DNA of 59,287 bases, the filler included, from Platydemus manokwari (taxonomy: Eukaryota), in assembly GCA_037951405.1 (NCBI GenBank). It is 5 parts of 5 records of this genome, joined end to end, with 100 filler letters (N's around TTAATTAATTAA, not from the genome) between each part and the next. Parts side by side here need not be neighbours in the genome. Positions count along the whole stretch, not along the records: positions 49,240 to 59,287 come from JBBMOY011174655.1; 4 more parts are not named here. One strand, written 5' to 3'. Below are positions 51,309 through 59,287 of the stretch, piece after piece (positions within the stretch are counted from its first letter, which is position 1; every line of letters starts with the position of its first letter). The translations under genes were made by a program, and so were the position numbers. The notes beneath the pieces are model-generated. The model did not search any database. It was not told where the DNA came from and was given only the letters and a program-made list of their open reading frames with translations.

Positions 51309-54300
51309 GTAAGAATTAACAAAACTATATAATATATTATTTATATCAAAATTGAGATATTATTAACCAATTATCAGGTTCATATTTTTATCATTTCATC
51401 AATGTTGTCATCGAATTATTTATTCCTTAGCAATTATATATTTATAATATTATAATGCCTGCAAGTGTATTCATTGGGGATAAATTTGCTTATTCTTGTT
51501 TCATGTAACCACCAGGGTATAAATTTCGAGCATTATCGATTTTATTATATATCTGATATTTTATTATTATCTGATATATTTCATAATTTTTCTTGGTTTT
51601 CATGAAAACAGGTCTATTTGATGAGTGAAAGCAATTATTTTGATGTTTGGATATGTTTTATTCACATTTGACATTTGTATATGGTCTCGAAAGATATTTG
51701 TTTCTTTAATTCGTGCATTAATAAATCATCTTTTATATTTTATAATTTTCTCTTTAGGACAACGACGAAGCAAAATCTGATCACAGCAAAGTGTTGAAAG
51801 ATGATGAAATGTTCTCAAATAGTAATTATTTGATAAATATTTTTTCAATAATTTCACCTTTATGAATCGATTTAAAAATAACCAATTAATATTAATTTAT
51901 TAATAATAGGTTTATTGGTGGATTCGAATCCACTTCCATTTAAAAGACCATTTGGTCACGTGTACTTGTTACAATTATTTATTATCAGAATTATTTATTA
52001 TCAGACTCTTAGCTACAGAAATTTCATCATTTTTTGAAAGATACTGTGATTGATAGCTTTTCCATTACATGAATTGAATTCTTAATTTTAAACAAGTTTC
52101 ATGGTATTTAGTGTCATTGGTTTTTCATTCTTTGTGCCATTCTTATACATTTCTATTGATTTTGGAGTACCTTTATAGCATTTTCTAATTTTCCGCTAGA
52201 AATTTTTTATTTCAGAATTCAAAAAATGCCATTGCACGCATTCAGTTCTATTATTTACTCTTCTAAGCACATTGAAATTAATTTATTTTTAAAATTTTAT
52301 AAAAAGATTGGCTTCTGTAATCGATGATGTTTTAAACCAATTGAATTGATCGTATTTGAAATAGAAAATGTATAAATAAATATTTGATTTCAATGAATCT
52401 CACCATAAAGTGTCACTTGAGATTGGTGTATTATTTAATCAAAATTTTGTCTGTCATCTGTTGCATTGTGTCAATGGATAATTCTATTAATCGGCTCATT
52501 GTGTTACGATTGATAATACAATTGTTAGAATTGCACTCGAATATCCGAGAATTCAAACAGACCTCGTCGAAATATATGAAATTGGAACTCACACCTCTTC
52601 TAATGAAAAATACGAAACATGTAAACAACAGAAAATCATTTAAAGTATGAAAATAATTGTGTTGAGATGAGAAAGAGAAGGCATTATGAAAATAATGATT
52701 TAGAAAAGAAAAGTTAAAACAGAATTGACTCATGCAGCCGAAATACCTCATCAATTGTTTTACCAAATCACTCAGCGAACCGGATCCAGACAAATTGTGC
52801 GACCCGATAGGCTTGTAGAAAATCCCGTTAATAAATAAATAAATAAATTTGTTTATATATATATTGAATGCTTTCAATGATATTGGAATGAATTCTGCAG
52901 CATTTTTGCATTTTTATAGTTTTCAGTGTATTGTGTTTTATGAAATGAACAATTTAACACTTTTACTTTGTTGGATGTTTTTTTTGTGTATCAACAGTTC
53001 TCATAGGCAATTACATTGTAATTATTTATGCCATTGTTATTTATTTTTCATTTCTATTGGTTGATGTTTGATATTATTAAAGGAGAGATGTTTTGCTTAT
53101 TTATATATTAATTTATTCAAATATTGCCACGACAAAAATCCACAGAAATTTGACTCAAACAACATTATTTTAAAAAGAATTGGAATGGTTTATTTAACGA
53201 GATTTTACTAGGCGTCAGATATATATACATATATAGCACAAAACGTTGTAAATACAAATATTATTTTCGGTAAAATAAATATCCTGAAGTCTGTCTCAAT
53301 TCCACAAAAGGTTTTTCTGGTTATTTTCTTTTAACACAAATTTCAAATGTTTCGATGCTCAGAATTTACTTTCTCAACTTTGTGTTGATATATAATTTGA
53401 TTTACGTCAAATGTTCCAAATTTGATGTCACAGAATGTTGTGTTCTTGGATGCTGAGTACACTTTACTTATAGGTAGTTTTTTGCTTTGAATTCGTACAG
53501 GTTTATTCTTGTCTTAGTATACTTTGCGAGATAATAATTGGTTTCATTAATTCGTGTTTTTGTTTGTTACTGCTACCGATATCGTAAAATATTGAAAACA
53601 CAAATTGCTAATATAAACCAACGAAGTAACGGAATGGTTGGGTTTTGACATTTGTAGAATTATGAATGTGAATATGATCAGAAATTTTGATAAAACAAAA
53701 AATAATAATATCATAAAATGATAATAGGTTAATCACCGTCTCTGAGAGTAATAATAATATTTATAAATGCAAATTCTTAACAATGAATAAATTCATGGAA
53801 AAATCAATAATCTTAGAAAATATTTCAGCATGATAGATAATAACTACTATTGTTTATTTCAATTTAGAGTTTTGTTTTTGACTTAGCTAATAAAGGCCAC
53901 AACTGTATTATAACCTATTTTGGATGTTAGTTCCGTCTCTCGTTCTATTTATTGTATAAGGACAGTGATGAACTATCCATTTGTGTGATTGTTTTGTTAT
54001 AAACTAATAGCACTTGATAAATGACATTCTTTAACTATTTTTTTAATGACATCTGCTTATAAAAGTTAGACAAATAAAAATTTAATGAAATGACAATGAA
54101 CTTCATTAATAATGACAATAAATGAAATGAAGCTATTAGCTATACCTCTTATATTTTCCAGTAAATAATTGAAATATACTTATTACTTTTGGGGTCTTAT
54201 AAATTAAAATGTTTGGGGACAGCAAAATTCCTCCTCAGTTTTAAGCAGGTTTTCCGATGATGAACTACCCATTAAAATCAGAAGGTAAAAGCCGAATAAC

Positions 54301-57300
54301 AATAAAGACATTGAAGAACAAAAGAATTCTTTAGGGAACCAAAAAAATAGTTAATATTAAGAAAGGAATAAAACGTCGATGATTGGCAGAATCCAAATCA
54401 AACAATTTCATACTAACAACCAAAATCAACATGATGTGACAAAAATTTGATATTAACTTAAATCTTTAATTTTGGATTATGTCGAGAATATAATACAAAA
54501 TGATAATGACAATAATACAATGATAATATATAACAGAAACTACTTTCATTAAAATATTCAGCCCACATAAGTTGCCCAGACATCCCAGCTTACACATACT
54601 ATAATTTAATTTTCATATAATCAAATTAATAAATCACATCACCATGATGAATTAATGCGTCACAAGGGCAACGCTATTGGGGGTATTCAATCACCATAGT
54701 AAATTTTTTAAAATTAATAAAACTGCCAGGATAAAGGCAAAATTTTTTTCTAAAATCATAATTACTTTCACACACACCCACAGAGTGAAGCAATATATAA
54801 ATGAAGACAAATGATTGAATTGGCCCACAAAAGTTTATTACTAATAAGTTAGACATTATTTATCACTCTATTTCATCGAAGTGCTCAACAGAATTTGTCT
54901 TTCTTCATCACACGGATTAGCGGAATTACGGTCATTTGCAATTACTATTGGAAATCATGTCCAAGTCTCCGTTACTGTGAATAGTATTAGAATTAATGTT
55001 TCTCGACTGTGTTTAGAAAGCGGAAATTCTCGCCGATACAGAAGGAACCTCTTCTAACTCCAAACAAATAGTGATGCACGCGTTAAATTTGATTATTTTC
55101 ATCAGGACCAGAGTATAAAACCGCAAGGATTTGTACTCGGTGCCACATCTAATCTAACTCGCGATCCTTGGTACAAAGTCGAAATCATTTGTATAACAGA
55201 GTCGTTACTCTGCAAAGCCGCAAAGGTTTGAATTCACTAAAATTAAAGCAACTAAAATCATATCTTCTTTAGTTTTTCGTCCGAAGTAAGGCAGCATGTA
55301 GTTCGTTATGTCGGTTTGTTTCACAACTCTTCTGGGCATAACATTTCCTTCTGTTAATCATAAAGCATCACGCATTTGTTAATTTTTATTATAAAAAACG
55401 TATTCATCTTGTTATTTCGTTATTTTATTATATTACTATTTTACTATCCGAATTAGACACAACGTAATTACCGATTAAACTCGGATTATTGGTGGAATCA
55501 TCAACTTTTATATCATAATCGAAGTAGAAATACAACACGCCGAATAAGACAAAATTCCCATTAAATTGAAAAGTGAAAATTTACTACTAATTCTAAAGCT
55601 AGAATTAAATATATTTGTTTGAGGAAAAATTATTAAAAATTGTATTTGAATTTGGAATTCAAGATTTTAAAGGACAATGAACGAGTGGAAAAAGGTCAAG
55701 TAATTAATCATTTTAATAAAATTCAACTACCATAAAAAGAAATGGAATCGGATTGTGATGATTATGAGCTCATTTCTGAGGATGAAAGATTTTTAGAACA
55801 GTTATCTATAATTTATCTATCTATATTTTTGATCGGCAACCTTCGTTCTTTTCTATGACTTAGGTGTGATTTTTCTGGTTATCCTTATGTTTTGTTTTGA
55901 ATTTTCGATACTGATCCCGTCTTGAGTAATAATTTATTAACGTGTTCTATTATGATTTTAGTTGTCTCTGCTGATGAGTTGATCCTGTGATTCTTTGTAG
56001 TTTGAATTATAATTTATTGTTGGTTAATATCTAACACATATAAGAACTCAAACTGTTGAATTTCATATTAGATTTTGACCTATATAAAACTAATAATAAT
56101 ATTTAATTCTTGATGAAAGATGTTTACACTGCTGACGAGTTAATCAATCACCGGAGTTCTGATAACCATCAGGTAGTATTGATGTTCTATCACCTCGACC
56201 ACTGTCTACAACTTATTTGAGGAAAAAGAGGTGCAATGCAGTGTAAATTTTAAATAACTCTATCGGTATTGACAACTCTTGCACCACTAAAAAGGCAATG
56301 AAATAACACTCATACTTGAAATTGAGAAATCTATAAATGAAATGAAGTTTCATATTTGATCAAGAACGACAGCTCTAATCACCAATATTTATTAAATGTT
56401 GAGAAATTACCTAAGGTTAATATTATACAAGATGGTGTCACTTAACAAACAATCGATGATTTTGAAAGTTAGTGATTTATAAGACTCCTTTGTACTATTG
56501 TTGGGGTTTTATAAGATGCGATAAGACTGAATGAAATTAAAACGAAATTTTGGTGTTAAAAAAATAAGATAAATAATAACTAACGGATTTAATATAATAT
56601 AAAGGTAAGTTGCGATTTGGTTCCCAACAGAATCTGTTCCAATCAGATACGCAGAAAGTGTTCAAATCACTTTCAACCTATAATAATAATATTTAAAATA
56701 TAGATATTGGTAAAATATGATTCTTCCTGAAAATGTTAAAATCAAATTATCAAATAAAATACGTTAATTCGATAAAATACGTTTATTAACAAATCAAAAT
56801 TTAAATGTACACTAAAAGGTACTGATGTGGACGATCAGATCCATTCAGTAGAACAATCAGGTGTGCCTAACTAATGGGCAAGATACCCCTGTGGATAAAA
56901 AAGAAGGTTCGAGATAAAGTTGAACTTAATAGGTTTAAAACAACACATAGCTATCGAAATAGCTGTGGGCGCGTAATAAAAATAAACAAATTTACTCATC
57001 ATTGTCATATAATTTCAAATTGTCAGATTGAAATAAGATAAAATGGTTTCTGAATAATAGTCGGGAATCCTTGTGAATAGCTTCTCTGATAGATGACAAA
57101 TTGTTTTGTAAATAAAATTGCTTAAACTGCGAGAATGAAAAAGTGCAATCAAAATGAATTTGCTTGATCTTATATACTGATTTTGTAGGTCGCATGCGTC
57201 ATTCTAGTGTGTTTATTTTTTGTTCTCATTTGTTTCTAATTTTAGAAACGCTCTAGACGTCATGCCTAAATTCAGCAAAAGCCTACTGTTTTTAGCTACT

Positions 57301-59287
57301 TGAGTTGCTAAATTGACCTACACTATTGTTAGCAACACTCTATTTTTTCTTTTGACCTTGGAAAGTTAAAACAAAAGAATTTGTTGCGGATAAACAAAAT
57401 CTTTGTTTTATTTATTTTTGAAATAATTTTCTGTAAAAATTTTTTTTATTCTATTTATTTTCATTTTTTCTTTTGAAATTAAAAAATTTTTAAATTTAAT
57501 TTTTTTTTATATTTTTCAAATTCTTTTTATTCTTATATATTTTTATTTGTATTTTATGTTTTAATGTTTCGGGTAGGGTCGGATTCCACAGTTCTGATTT
57601 ATTATTTTAATAATAATTTCAATTTATAGAAGTATTCATATAGTGAACCGACATTTTTATAAGTGTCGTATTTATTAAATAGACTGATAATCGAGAGGGT
57701 TGATTTGAATTTAAATCAGATCAATCTTAAAGAACTCACCGGTGTTGGGAATACTAACGTATAAATACCAAAACCCAACACACCGATAATAATCATTTTA
57801 TTACTATGCACCTCTACAATCATATATTAACACAACGAAATGCAATCATATATTGAGGAGAAAAACACAACAATATCAAATAAAAATTATCTATAACAAT
57901 ATTTAAAACTATTGTTTATATTTTAATTATAGTCAGATGTGTTTCTTAGACTATCGACCACCAATTCCCAACACAAGATTGGTTAAAAACACTTCAATAT
58001 AGAAATTAATCGGATTGTTAGAAGTTGATTTTTATTAAATAAAATAATTGACTAGCAATAATATTTTACATGAGATGATTAAAGAAGATTTTATAGCTTC
58101 TCTCACGATTAATACATTTTTATAAATTTTGAGCTGCTATTCATATTTTTACACAGAAAAATTTGCAAATTTACAATTCAAGCGTAATTTGCGAAGATCT
58201 GTTTGAATATTTTACTGCCCAAGCTGTATATGAAAAGATATTTGAATCATATTGATTGTAATCCTTTAATCTTAAAAGAGACGGTTGAATATAATTTTAT
58301 TTGTTCACGACTTTAAGGGCGCAATACGATATATAATATCTATGAAGCTTGTGATAACCTTCGTGTCATCGTTAAGTTAGCCTCCCCTGCATTTTTGATA
58401 AAATCTCCTGATGACAATTTTGATTAAACGTTTGTGTACAGTTGATTTGAGTATTGAATTGTTGAGATTTCGGCCCAACAATTAATTTACACTGAAAAAT
58501 CATGTACAGCATTATATAAATTTTATAACAATGCACGAGAATACGTATGCAATGTGCATTAACTTTTATTGTATTTATTTTTATTTGATCAGGGTGAATA
58601 TTTTATATTTTAACAACTCTCGGAATATTTGAGTGAAAACCAGCTTGAAATATTGATATTTATAATAATTATTATTTATACGTAAAACAATAATATTAGT
58701 TAAACCCACCTAGATCAAGTCCATTGAAATTCGCTAAATAATAAATTAATTTATAAAATATTAACACGCAATAATATCGACAAATGAATTTCCATTTATT
58801 ATCGCGCTCATAAATTCTGTTACATAATAAAATAATCACTCGATTTAATTTAACCGAGAGAGAATTTTCTCTGTGTAGCAAATTTATTCAAAGATATTTT
58901 CTCTCACCAGAGAATAAATTCCACCGAAAATAATAAATTCACTGGTATTAGATTTAATCACAGTGAAAATGGAGCGTATTAACCGTCTCTTTATCCAGGA
59001 GTTGTTAAGGCTTGTCATAAGTTGATGTATAGTGTAGTTTTAAAATCCATTTGTAATTTTTTATTATATTATTGTTAATCGGCTTTGTATTTGTGTCATT
59101 ATTAATAAACATTTGTAGTAGCAAGTTTAGTTCTTAATCATATAGAGATCATAGACTTACTGTTCATTGTCATTGGTATTAGCATATCAGGTGTACCGGT
59201 ATGAAATGAACGTTAAGATACAAATATGTTGGTAGGGAAGATTTGTTGTGAACAAGCCTTAATTTTTATTCTGTTTGGTTGGAATGA

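Noticed and set aside
52384-53064. Overlapping ORFs of 88, 148 and 71 aa
   Set aside because: No recognisable motif; low-complexity AT-rich frames on opposing strands.
1-59287. CRISPR arrays, tRNA, rRNA, telomeric repeats, prokaryotic operons
   Set aside because: None seen. The window is intron-containing eukaryotic DNA and its repeats lack repeat-spacer periodicity.
53100-59287. Locally GC-richer patches (54.6-55.3, 55.9-56.3, 58.2-58.6 kb) that look like decayed coding sequence
   Set aside because: Could not recover any diagnostic motif by hand; left unannotated.

Overview
This is very AT-rich eukaryotic (animal-like) nuclear DNA. It consists of five contigs joined by artificial 100-nt linkers (N44-TTAATTAATTAA-N44 at 21333, 30727, 40151, 49140), so adjacency across the linkers is not established. 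Host genes have short GT-AG introns (mostly ~46-55 nt). They comprise an apparently intact TRAF-family gene, an intact mitochondrial glycerol-3-phosphate dehydrogenase (GPD2) lacking the animal EF-hand tail, and a lysosomal/prostatic-type histidine acid phosphatase with an in-frame TAG. There are also isolated pieces of UTP14, EPG5 and probably a KDM2-type demethylase. The rest is mostly decayed mobile DNA: several Ty3/Gypsy LTR retrotransposons (one with extra post-integrase ORFs including a membrane-anchored one), non-LTR RT remnants, a TIR-bounded deleted mariner, a hAT end and unassigned multi-copy repeats. The most coherent system-level signal is a scattered, pseudogenised Polinton/Maverick-adintovirus-like endogenous DNA virus gene set. 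It includes a double-jelly-roll major capsid, an A32/FtsK packaging ATPase, a probable pPolB tail, an HNH nuclease, a GasderminX-like protein and a gene present in two copies. Compact introns and strong divergence would fit a reduced parasitic invertebrate (e.g. a myxozoan), but that is inference. All family calls come from manual translation and remembered motifs; no database search was run.
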